DNA from: Squalus acanthias
Lineage: Eukaryota
DNA: 64,000 bases
Assembly: GCA_030390025.1 (NCBI GenBank)
Contig: CM059433.1
Location: forward strand, 2,666,001-2,730,000
Direction of reading: 5' to 3'
In this document: positions 35,099 to 47,561 of the stretch, piece after piece
Layout: each line of letters begins with the position of its first letter
How positions within the stretch are numbered: the stretch's first letter is position 1
Program-made: the position numbers and the translations under genes
Notes under the pieces: generated by a model
The model's database searches: none
The model's input: the letters and a program-made list of their open reading frames with translations, nothing else
What the model was told of the DNA's origin: nothing

Positions 35099-37027
35099 AA
35101 TGACTTTAATAACTGGAATCATCTTTTTTGCTTGCCTGTGTACCCTCTCGAGTAATAATATTCCTCTAACGATTAGGTAAGCAGAACTGCACAGATAGGG
35201 TTTGGCCAGGGTTTTACACAGAAGTAACACAAGCTTATTTGATTTGTAGTTTATCCCTTTGGCAAGCAACCCACTACCTTAGTTGCCTTTTTAACTACAG
35301 TGAAGTACTGTGCTGATGGTTTCATGGATTTATCCATTATAACTCTTCACTCACTGCGTCAGTAGTACGAAAACTGCCGATAGCGAATTGACAGCCCGTT
35401 TAACACTGTGCCTGATTTTCTTTTCCGTTGCTCAATTTACCTCCATACTTCCTGGCTTCGTTATTCCCACACTAATTATTTAATGTTTATTGAATTGTAC
35501 CTGCGACCTATTGGCCTTGGTCTCTTAAAGATCTAAAATCCCTTCTGAATCTGAAGGGGTAGAAAAGATGAATCTTAATTAATTTTGGAGAATCGGTTTA
35601 TGGTTTTGGCACACTTTATGCACTGAGAAAATCTTTGTCTCTGGTTGGAATGTTCTCCAATTGATACGCTGTCTCCTAATTTGGTTGGATTGTTTCCCAT
35701 TATTTATCCTACCTCTCATTTTAATACAACTGCAATCAATTTTGCTATTTATCTGCAAAATAATATCAACTCAAAGTATTATATAGAAATAAGGGCAGAA
35801 TATATGATTTGGGGGATTAAATGATGTCTTCACATCCTGAGCTCGATCCCCGCTTCCCCTGAAGACTACACTTGGTGTTGACTCCCCATGTGCAATGCCA
35901 TGGGACATTGACTAGGGTATTAAAAGTCATTAGAATCCCAAGACCAATTCGAGAGATACGCTACGTATAAACATTTTCCACCTGAAAGGTTCTCATTTAT
36001 GGTTACCCACTGCTTCTACCTTTCTACTGTAGATTTCTTAACCATTATTGTATTCCAGTGAACCTTTTTGTCTATTTCATTGAAATTAATTTCATTCAAG
36101 CTTGCTGTATTTTTGTCCTCTTGCTGAACTTGATGAAAATTCCAGTTCTGACAAAATTATGAACATTGGATCATAAATGCTCCCCTTGTTCTATCTGAAA
36201 TAACGTACCTGGATCATTGTTAAATATTGGATTCAGAACAATCTGATCACATTGGTCATTCCATAAATGGAATGAGGAAGAAATCTTGGAGCACCGTGGC
36301 TGTAGTATATACTATCTACAGGATTCAGTAACTCACCTAGTTTACTTCAACAGTATCAGCTAGCCCTGCCACTGAGAAGGACAGCAGCAATAATGTCATG
36401 TGAACATCATCACCTCCAAAAACTATTTTCAGTAAAAAGTGAGCATGAAGCTGTTGGATTGTTGTAAATACCTAGTTCACTGATGTCATTTAGGGAAGGA
36501 AACCTGCCGCCCTCACCTGGTCTGTCTTATATGTGACTCCAGTCCCACACCAATGTAGTTAACTCTTAACTGTCCTCTGAAGTGGCCTAGACAGTCACTC
36601 AGTGGTATCAAGAAGAAAGGCCGCCACCACCATCGCAGGGCAACTAGGGATGGGAAATAAAGCCCAGCCTTGACAGCGATGCCCACATCTCGAGAATGAA
36701 GTAAAAAAAAAAACACTTTTTCCATTTTTCCTTAGGTTACACTGTCTCCTCAGTGATTTTGCCCTTCTATTTCTCAGAAACTCCTTTAATGGAACCTTTT
36801 TGTCACTTCTATTCCTTGCATCACTCCACTGACCTCTTTAACTCTCTGATCACTTTGCCTTACTTTTATCCACTGATTGCTCTGTTGACTGTCTCTTCCT
36901 GCTCTGTACTTCCCCTAACAAAAACTTTTTGGGGATCTATTGCCTTATCAGTCTTACTGCACATAACACCAGCCATCTATTATTAAGGAACTGTTTACAT
37001 TTACTAACTTCACTGCACACATCATCA

Positions 37028-37842
37028 GATTACACAGGATTACATAGGATATACAGCACAGAAACAGGCCATTTGGCCCAACCAGTCCATGCCAGTGTTT
37101 ATGTTCCACTCGAGCCTCCTCCCGTCTTTCCTCATCTAAATCTATCAGCATAACCCTCTATTCCCTTCTCCCTCATATGCTTGTCCAGCCTCCCCTTAAA
37201 TGCATCTATACTATTCGCTTCAACCACTCCCTGTGGTAGCGAGTTCCACATTCTCACCACTCTTTGGGTAAAGAAGTTTCTTCTGAATTCCCTATTGGAT
37301 TTCTTGGTGACTATCTTATATTGATGGCCTCTAGTTATGCTCTTCCCCACAACTGGAATCATTCTCTCTGTATCCACTCTATCGAAACCTTTCATAATTT
37401 TAAAGACCTCTATTAGGTCACCCCTCCGCCTTCTTTTTTCAAAAGAAAAGAGACCCAGCCTGTTCAGCCTCTCCTGATATGTATACCCTCGCATTTCTGG
37501 TATCATCCTTGTAAATCTTCTTTGCACCCTCTCTAGTGCCTCTATATCCTTTTTATAATATGGCAACCAGAACTGTACGCAGTACTCTAAGTGTGGTCTA
37601 ACCAAGATTCGATACAGGTTTACCATAACTTCCCTACTTTTCAATTCTATCCCTCTAGAAATAAACCCTAGTGCTTGGTTTGCTTTTTTTTTTATGGCCT
37701 TGCTAACCTGTGTTGCAACTTTTAGTGATTTGTGTATTTGCACTCCGAGATCCCTTTGTTCCTCTACCCCACCTAGACTCGCACCCTCCAAGTAATAAGT
37801 GACCTCCCTATTCTTCCTACCAAAATGTAATACCTCACATTA
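37028..37842 (-). mobile_element. 5'-truncated CR1 LINE
   Basis: ORF 37132-37791 (RPHLEYCVQFW...RRNFFTQRVVRMWNSLPQ) plus 3' UTR. Confidence 0.92.
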
Positions 37843-40155
37843 TACATCAACCTTATTCAAAGTAGCCGCTTCCCACTAACTTCTAGCCATTTTGGTCGGG
37901 AAGTCAGCAAGTGGCTTGTTAATGAGGTTCGGCTATTAATACTGGCCAAGCCTCCCTGCTACCGTTCCTGGATGGGCGGCCGCTCATCTTGTCGTGCTCC
38001 TGCCCAGGAGTTAAAATCTACCCCCTACTGTTATCGGCCTATCTGCCATCTGCAGTCGCAATTGGCACAGGTCTACGGCAGAAGCAGAAGCTAGAAAAAT
38101 GACCCCTAAAGTGTGCAGCTTTGGTCATTGATGCAGTTAGAGATTCAGAGAAGAGCAACAGGATGATTCCAGGAATTTGGGATCCAAGTGATTTAAAAAG
38201 AAAAGTGATTCACAAAACTAAGCTCAGTTCCACTGGAGAAAAGATTGAGAGGATTTTAAAACACTGCCAGGAATAGATAATATAAACACAAGGACAGTTT
38301 TTTAAAACTTGAACTGTGAGCACAAAATAAAGTAAAACAAATATAAATTAAAAAAAGAATTTGAAGGAATTTCCCTCCTGTGGATCTCTGGAATAATCTC
38401 CCAGCTAAAGTGGTTACTCCTCTGTTGATTAACACCTGCTTTGCTTTTAGATGAATGTTGGAGAGAAGGCAGCCAGAGTAGAACACTTATACACACCTTC
38501 TGGTCCTGCCCCGCAATCCAACTAAGCGATAAGAGGTGCCACAAAGGCCATGACCAGCACTGACACCCCTCAGATCTACTCCCCTGCATGCTTGGCTTGA
38601 CCCAAGGGTGCAAGGTGTACCTGAGATGCACCGGCTCGCACAACTCCCACTACTGATGGTAAGGGGCTGTATTCCCCGCTGTGATGAAACGCTACTCCTC
38701 CCACCATAAACATACGGGTTAAACACCTGTGGGACAGTCAGCACACGTAATATGTGGCCTCGATCTATAGCTGAGAAAGTATCAGAGAGTCTGGACCCTC
38801 CATCCCGGAGGCCTATACTATAGGTCTACTCTCACAAACCCCATATACATTCCTGCGATGGGAGGGATAAGTTGATGCCAATGAAAGCACAACACCATTT
38901 GTCCCCAGCTATACAGAAAGAGTGGCATGTTGTAGAATGGATACTGGATTGAGGGAATGTCCCTTTATTTGAAAGTGGGGGAGAAGGAGGTAAGGTTCTG
39001 GTGTCAAAGAGAAGACTTCAGTGATGAGATGTGCTCTGATGACCCTTGCAGAAATCACCTGAAGAGGCTTCTGCGTGCAGGTCATCTCCTATATATAGTC
39101 TTGGCTCCAACAAAGCCAGGACCTCTCTGCCAGCAAAGTCAAAATCCAGCCCTTTTAATATGGCAAAATTGTGAAGGATACAGAAGGATACAATTATGCA
39201 TAGCACACTACTGGAGCATATTTCAGAGCCCCTCCCAATCTATCTGAGCAGTGAAAGCTTGCTGTTAAGACCCTGATGGTGTTCTAGGTTATCAATCTTG
39301 TAGAGACACATGCCTCCTAAAACTCCCCTGTTGCTGTTTGGGCCACTCTTAGCAGGGTCATCAACCCCCCCTCCACCACCACTCCCTTCATGAAACTGGC
39401 AGGATTCAGACATTTTTCCAGCCTCTGGGGCAAGTCAACTGCCTTGGATGAACCCTTTAGTGATGTGGGTAACAACAGTTGTGTTAATAATTAAGGAACT
39501 TCCTTCTAGCCCCACAAAACTTAAGTCAAAATGTACCACACTCCTCACGCCACCCGTGAATTTTCAGCCCCATAAAACAAATCTACAAAGATTTGCCTAT
39601 GTACTGTCGTATATTATCAACAATATAAGAAATAAAGAAAGAAAGACTTGAATTTATAAAACGCGAGAAAAATTTGGTACTTTAGCACCTCCCGTTAGCG
39701 CCAGCAGATGGCGCTAATGGGGCGCTAGAGTATAATCACCGGGGTGAGGTGAATCCAGCGCCGCATGCCAAATCCCCCCCCCTCCCCGCAGCACCACCGG
39801 TAACAGTTATCGCCGGGAGCCTCAACACCAGGTGGATCGTGACGTCAGTGGGTGTGCAACACTCACTGACCACCCGATCTGCGAAATTGATTGTCGCCAC
39901 CTACCTTAGCACCTGGAGTAAACAGCAACAGGAAGAGCTGGCATGAAGCACCAGGAAGCCTGCTCCAGGGATGTTATTTAAAGGGCTCATCAGTGATGAC
40001 TCGCAGCTGTCCGGTTAGTGCAGTTTCAATGGTTTCTTGTCAGTTTCACATAGTCCAGCAGTTTAATTCAGTAATTTCAAGGTTATTTTGTATCAGGAGT
40101 GTTGTGGCAACTAAAAAGTAGTTACATTTATTCTTTATAAAATCAAACTGCTACA

Positions 40156-42045
40156 CTTGGGGAAGCTTTTAGAAACGATAATCCAGGACAAAATTAACAG
40201 TCACTTGGACAAGTATGGATTAATTAAGGAAAACTAGCATGGATTTGTTAAAGGCAAATCGTGTTTAACTAACTTGATTGAATTTTTTGATGAGGTAACA
40301 GATAGGGTTGATGAGGGCAATGCGGTTGATGTGGTTTACATGGATTTCCAAAAGGCATTTGATAAAGTGCCACATAATAGGCTTGCCAGCAAAGTTGAAG
40401 CCCATGGAATAAAAGGGACAGTGGCAGCTTTGTTACAAAATTGGTTAAGTGGCAGGAAACAGAGAGTAGTGGTGAACGGTTGTTTTTCGGACTAGAGGAA
40501 GGTATACACTGGTGTTCCCCAGGGGTCGGTTCTAGGACCACTGCTTTTCTTGATATATATTAGTGACCTGGACTTGGGAGCTTGGGAAAGTTGCAGCTTG
40601 GGGAAGCTTTTAGAAACGATAATCCAGGACAAAATTAACAGTCACTTGGACAAAACTTGGAAGTATAGTGAACAGTGATGAGGATAGTGATAGACTTCAG
40701 GAGAACATAGACAGGCTGGTGGAATGGATGGACACGTGGCAGATGAAATAAAAGTGATACATTTTGGTAGAAAGAATGAGGAGAGGCAATATAAATTAAA
40801 TGGTAAAATTCTAAAGAAGGTGCATGAACAGAGAGACGTGGGGGTATATGTACACAAATCATTGAAGGTGGCAGGGCAGGTTGAGAAAACAGTTCAAAAA
40901 GCATACGGGATCCTGGGCTTCATAAATAGAGGCATAGAGTACAAAAGCAAGGAAGTTATAATGAACTTTTATAAAACTCTGGTCCGACCTCAATTGAAGT
41001 ATTGGGGGCGATTTTGATAATGGGGGCGCATATAACAGATGAATTGTCATCGTTTGACAGCTCGGTGAAGCTGTCAAACACTGACATTCTCTGTAGTTTG
41101 ATGAGGTCTTGAATTCAAGACCTCATCAAATTTCTTTCTTTTACAGAAATTAGATGGTTGTTGCATCTGAGAATGCAACGGCCATCTCTCATCTGCAACA
41201 CGGAGGTCCGAGACTCTTCGCATACACACCGACTGAAGCCTGCAGGAAGAAACAAAGGTAAGTACACTTTTACTAACGCTTTGCACTTACCTCAGATACT
41301 CACCTCTACACTCTTGCACCCATCACTTACCTTCACACAACACTTTTGCGCCCCGCAGACCCAATACTCGCCTCGTTGACCTGGCGGGTTTTGGAGCCTT
41401 TGGGAAGCAAAAAGGGGATAATCCTATTTTCTGCGTGTTAACTACCTGTTAGTCCCGCCTCCATACCCGCCTCCCCAGGGCTGGCAAAATCGACCCCATT
41501 GTGTCTAATTCTGGGCACCGCACTTTAGGAAGGATGTGAAGGCCTTACAGAGGGGGCAGAAAAAAATTACAAGAATGGTTCCAGGGATGAGGGACTTCAG
41601 TTACGTGGATAGAGAAGTTGGGGTTGTTCTCCTTAGAGCAGAGAAGATTGAGAGGAGATTTGATATAGGTGTTCAAAATCATGAGGGGTCTAGACAAAGT
41701 AGATAGAGAGAAGCTGCTCCCATTGGTGGAAGGGTCGAGAACCAGAGACACAGATTTAAGGTGATTGGCAGAAGAACCAAAGGCGACATGAGGAAAAACT
41801 TTATGCAGCGAGTGGTTATGATCTGGAATGCACTGCCTGAAAGGGTGGTGGAGGCAGATTCAATCGTGGCTTTCAAAAGGGAGTTGGATAAGTGCCTGAA
41901 GGAAACATTTTTGTAGGGCTACGGCGAAAGGGCGGAGGAGTGGGACTAGCTGAGGTGGTCTTGCAGAGAGCCAGCATGGGCTTGACGGGACAAATGGCCT
42001 CCTTCTGTGCTGTAACCATTCTATGGTTCTATTCTATGATTCTAC
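40156..42045 (+). mobile_element. 5'-truncated degraded CR1 LINE with an internal duplication and a MITE insertion
   Basis: ORFs 40274-40495 and 40724-41017; resumes at 41498; ttctatga tail. Confidence 0.88.
41004..41497 (-). mobile_element. Harbinger-type MITE (family of 34334-35098)
   Basis: Ends gggggcgattttg / caaaatcgacccc; ATT duplicated; removal restores the CR1 ...YCV.FW codons. Confidence 0.85.
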
Positions 42046-44317
42046 AACCAACAAAGTACTTTTTGAAGTGCTGTCACTGTTGTAACATAGGAATGTAATG
42101 TAATATGATACAACAATTGAATACACATTAATAGATTTTAAAAATCGCTGTATTTATATAGCATATCGATATCTAAAATATCCAAATCAATCCAATTTGA
42201 AATGATTGTGATTTTAAGTTCTATTTGGGCATCATCCCGATAGAAATTTGTAGCAATATTTGATGAGGTTGAACTGGATGGTGTGAAAATTAGTATACTC
42301 AGTGTGAATGGGTTTGAATCTCCTTAACTGGCCAATAAAAAGATTGGGTTTCCACACAAATTAATTTGAAACAGTATCGCTTACACTTCTAGTGCAATGA
42401 CGATGGTTCCCAATGCAACAACAAATCCTAATAATCTTTGGCCATGCATTGGCAAATGCTGTTTTTGTAGCTTTTCAGTTTTTATGAAGATATTTTATTA
42501 GATTTAGGAACAGAAATATCTAAAACCCCCATTTTCCACAGTGGTGAATGAGTACTTGGTATTGTACTACTTGGCATCATGTCTCTAATTGATTATGCTG
42601 ATTTGTGTCATTGACAATGTCTGGTTGTTTATGTATGGGACTTGCGGGGGAACAGAATGTGTTGGTGAAGGTAAGTCAGCCTAATCCATGCAAGGAGAAG
42701 GGTTATTTCACACTATCAAACGTAATGGTGCATTAGATAATCATGCGATGTTAGCTCTGTTTACTTTGCGCCAAAATAATTGACCACCCCCCACCATTTA
42801 TAATTTCAAAGCTTATAAAATTCAGCTGTCCATTTACATATTAGTTGATTCATTTACTAATTAAAATACTTAGTCATGCAAATGAGCCACTTGTTTTTCA
42901 AGTGGTGACTTATTACACCGTCGGTGATACACTTGAAAAATGACAGGCAAGAAATGACAGGAGGGGGATGGCGGGCATGCTTCAGTGTAGTGGATCTTCA
43001 AAATAATTGTCATCAAATACAGAAAAAAAAAGAATCTTTCCCAGACAGCAAACCATTCTATCCACCTCATTGACACGTGACACTTCCACAAATTGTTCCA
43101 CTGAAGTTTGTAGAAATGTCTACAATCATTGCGAGAGAATCAGTGACCTTAAGCATTTGGCAAGGTGTGAATTGGAACCCACCAGAAAGGTCACAGCTGC
43201 CCCACACTGCTAAACAAAATCCACGAGCAAAATTGCTGAGGAGGCCAAAGAAAACAATTGTGCATGCGTTCCAACTCAGGTGCAAAAAATCACTATTTGC
43301 TCCTCAGAGGTTGCTTTAGAATCTGCTGACAGAATAATTGCTGTCATTTATAATCAAAAATACATCTTCTCATTGTAAAGTTCATGAAGTATGCAGTTAT
43401 GCACATGGCAAAAATGTGCAGTAAAGCCTTGTAAGTCCTTAAGCTAATAGTGTCAGTACAATGCTTAACTGCTGTAATAAAAAAGTCGAGTGAGTTGCTG
43501 GTTTGCATCATCAGAGGAATAGAATACAAATTAAAATAAGCCGTTTATTGATGAAAAAGGCGTGGCTCAGACCCCAACTGGAGTTCTGTGTGCAGCTCTA
43601 CTTAGCGATCATTAACCTTAAGAGGTAATGGAGAGGATTTCCAGGCATCACCTCCTGGAATTTCCACAGGGCCTCTCCCGATCTCCCGATTGGCAGGAAT
43701 GACGCCGATACTTGTTTCTGCACGGTTTCTGACAATCTTCGCTGAAGTTATGGTGAGAGATTCGGGAGAATTCCACAGAAATTCTACCCCAAGGTATTTA
43801 AGTTATGAGGAAAGGGTAATCAAGTTGGGCTTATTTTCTTCAGTCCAGAGGAAACTTGGAGGTGTTCTTGTTGAACTTTTCAAGATTATGAAGTGTACTG
43901 ACAAAATAGATCAAGACAAATCTTTCACTATTGGTGAAGGATTCAAATACTAGGGTGGAGAAATTTGGCTCCTTTGCACCTCCCTTTAGCGCAATCGTGA
44001 CGTCATTGCCGTGCACAGCGCCCCAGTAGCGCCCTGGATGAAAAATTCCCTCTGGCCCCCTGCTTGTGCGCCCGCCATTAACAGCGACAGGTAGAGGAGG
44101 CGACTGTCAGTTGGGTGTCCGCAGCAGGAGCGATATTTAAAGGCGTCCACATCCGGTTTAGTTTTCGCGGCCAACAATGCTGCGTTGTTAGTTTCACATC
44201 GGCAAAGAGGCCTTTTGACCGATTTGTGCATTTTGCATTTTAACAAGTTTTCTGGCACATAAAGATTCTTCAGTTTCATTGAGGGGAGATTTGAAAGTGC
44301 GATATTTGTATCCTTTC

Positions 44318-45524
44318 ATGGGGGGCTGTACTGGCACTGGACCTCGCCCTCCAGCGTCAACGTCGGAGGCAACTGAGGCACAAGGAAAGAGTGCAAAATG
44401 TGGCCAGAGGTAGGTGGGCCAACAGGGCTCTCAACAGGAGGCCTTACTCACCCAGGGTATTCCGGCAGCAGTTCTCCTACAGGAATTTCACTGAGGACCA
44501 GTGGGTTAGAAGGCTCCGCTTCACCAAGGAGGTGGTCACAGAGCTCTGCCACCTCCTGCAGCCAGACCTCGAGCCTCAGATCAGGACCACCACGGCTCTC
44601 TCAGTGGCAGTCAAGGTCACCGTCGCCCTCAATTTCTACGCCAGTGGATCATTCCAGTGTGCGACAGGAGACATATCTAACATCTCCCAGTTCGCCGTCC
44701 ATTGCTCCATCCGCCAGGTCACAGATGCTCTGTACAGAAGGAGAAGGGACTACATTTCCTTCCCCATGACCAGAGAGAAGCAGCGCGAGCGTGCATGTGG
44801 CTTTGCCAGGATAGCGAGCTTCCCCACGGTGCAGGGCGCCATTGACTGCACACACATCGCTTTGCGGGCACCTCATAACAATCCTGAGGTATTCCATAAC
44901 CGCAAAGGCTACCACTCACTTAATGTGCAGTTGGTGTGCGACCACACACAGCGTATCCTCACCGTCAATGCCCGCTATCCTGGCAGCAGCCACGATGCCT
45001 TCATCCTGCGCCAGACCGGTGTGCCAGCTCTATTCCAGCCATCACATCAAGCTTGCGACTGGCTGCTGGGAGACGGGGGCTATCCGCTCTCCACCTGGCT
45101 CATGACTCCCCTCCGCAACCCAAATACTACTGCCCAGCATTCATATAATGAGAGACATGCTGCCACCAGGAATATCATTGAGCAGACCATCGGAGTGCTC
45201 AAGCAACAGTTCCGCTGCCTTGACCGCTCGGGAGGAGCCCTCCAGTACTCGACTGAGCAGGTGTCACTTTTCCTCATCATCTGCTGCATGCTGCACAACT
45301 TGGCCATCATGAGGGCCCAGCCATTGCCACCAGGCATAGCCGCACCACCTCAGGAGGAGGACGAGGAGGAGGAGGAGGAGGAAGAAGAGCAGGAGGAACA
45401 GGACAGGAGGACGAACAGCAGCGACGGAGGAGGCAGCCACTCTATCGGCGTTCTGCAAGCTCGGTCCGTGACGCCTCATCAGACTTCGTTTCCAGTGACT
45501 TCGAGTCCTCGTTCCGGTTGCTGA
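44318..45524 (+). pseudogene. Harbinger DDE transposase (HARBI1-like family), core intact, frameshifts at both ends
   Basis: GAIDCTHI, HSLNVQLVCD, PGSSHDAFIL, LLGDGGYP, RNIIEQTIGVLK, CCMLHN, acidic tail; the ATG at 44318 is out of frame by one G. Confidence 0.9.
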
Positions 45525-45623
45525 GCACGTCGCCATCATTCCATCACTTTGTGATTCCATACCACCCCCCAGAACTGAAATGAGACACAGCACCAAATCT
45601 GCAACATTCCAGTAATACATTTA

Positions 45624-47561
45624 TCAAAAACCATTAACCACATATATACAACAATATTGACTAATCACCCTTGTGCAAACCCTCGCCTCCCTCTTTACAA
45701 TCCCCTCTCCCAATCTAGTGCTCCTACATAGTGTCTCCCCAGTGGCTGCAGCAGGGCTGGTGGAAGGCTGCTGAGTGTCCGTGCCAGAGACTTCAGATGG
45801 CCTTGCAGGACGCCCTTGACCAGCTCTGGGCCAGGAAGGCCCGGCTGCAGACTGCACCATCTCAGCATGGGCGGCAGCAGTCTGGGCTGGCTGGATGACC
45901 GGCAGCGACAAGGGCAATAGCAGAGTGGAAGTGCTGGGATCAGGAATGCTGTCATCCTGAGAGAGGACAGCAGCTTCCTGCTCCACTGACCCACTGCCAC
46001 TCCCCCGGGGCAGCACCTCAGCATCCCTACCAATCTGCTGCAGCACAGATTGCTGGCCTGCTGCGACACCGTGAGATCCCCGCTGGACTGTGGTGGACCC
46101 AGCGACGATGGCAGCAGTCAGATCTTACGTGGCATCAAGCTAAGACTGCATGAGAGCAGGCTGAAACTCGATGACCGCAACCATTGATTGCATTACAGCA
46201 CTAAGATGTTGCGTCACTTCTGCCTGTGCTGCAATGGAAGCTGCCACATCGCCCATGACACAGGTCATGAGGTCTGGATCCGCACAGTCTCTCTGGGAGT
46301 CCACTATCCTCTGCACAGTGGAAATGATGGGCTCCATGGTGCGCGCAGAGCTCTGTGCAATGTTGGATTTGGACTCCTCCACGCTCCTTACCATTGCCGA
46401 GAGGCTCTCAGGCACCCTTGCCATTGCACCTATCATCTCGGTGTGCATGGCCATCACCCTTCTTGTGAATGCCTCCCCATTGAGGTCCTCATCTGAGTCC
46501 TGTGCAGCAGAACTCATGCGTGAACTCGCTCTCCAGGGAGCTGCCTCCCGAGTTACCCTTTCCCCCTGGCCTTACTGCAGCCCGCTCGTCCCCGGTGCAT
46601 CACCCAGTGCAGACCCCACTACTAAACTTGCCTCTAAAGATTGCGTAGTGCCCGTATCTGAGGTGGTGTCTGCGGGTGAGAGATGCAGTGACGCGGTGCT
46701 TTGCTCCTCCTCCTCTTCTCCTTCCTCACTCTCAGTGGGGGGCTCAGGGACAGGCTGGTCATCTGGTTGCTGATTCTCTGAAAGCATAAAGGCACAAGAC
46801 TCGCGTTAAGGTGAGGGCAGGGGGGCAGGAGTGGAGCAAGGAATGCAGACTTTCTCAGGAGGTGGAAAATGAGAAAGGTTTGTGGTGTGAGGGGGAAGTG
46901 GGATGAGGGAAGGAGAGGGGCTGAAGATACCGCTTTTGCCCCCAACAGGGTCCACGTCGCCGACGGCCATGGCGCCCACCACCTGCTGCCCAGTGAGTTG
47001 CAGCACTCGCTCCTCCAGCCCTATAAACCGCTGGAGCTGCGCATCACCCCCGCCTGTTCTCTGCTGCTCCCTCCTATTCTGGGCCATCTTGGCCTGCAAG
47101 AAAAACAAATGTGTTTGAGTCAGAGTCCAGCTGTGTTTGGGAGATATGCCTGCTGTCGTTGAATAGCTGTGATTGTAGGCAAGACATGAGATGTGGATGT
47201 GAGTTTGAGTCGGTGAAGATGTTTGGTGGGTGAGTGGTGGCGGTGTGGTGGTTTGCGCAGTGTGCACAGACTGAGGTTCAGATGCTGGTATGTAGGAGCT
47301 GTTGAAGCACGTTCTCACCTTGACCACCCGACTCAGGTCGGTGAATTTCTTGCGGCACTGTGTCTGGCTGCGTTCCACCACACTACTGGCCGAGACCTCC
47401 TGGGCCACTTCCCTCCACATTGCCCTAAACACCTGAGGCGATGGCCTCCTCCCAGTGTCTGGGAACAGCACTGCCCTCCTTCGCTCCACTCCAGCCAGCA
47501 ATGCCTCCAATGCCACGTCTGTGAACCGACGCGCTCTCTCCCTGGGAGTGGGAACAGCCAT
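45624..47561 (-). pseudogene. Harbinger Myb/SANT-like DNA-binding protein gene, 3 exons (47561-47319, 47093-46931, 46777 onward), with premature stops
   Basis: RARRFTDVALEALL...WREVAQEVSASSVVERSQTQCRKKFTDL; GT-AG introns keep the frame; stops at 46572 and 46140. Confidence 0.82.

Noticed and set aside
44391..45524. Host HARBI1 gene
   Set aside because: Lies between terminal inverted repeats with a target duplication and a linked SANT gene, and is frameshifted; it is a transposon copy.
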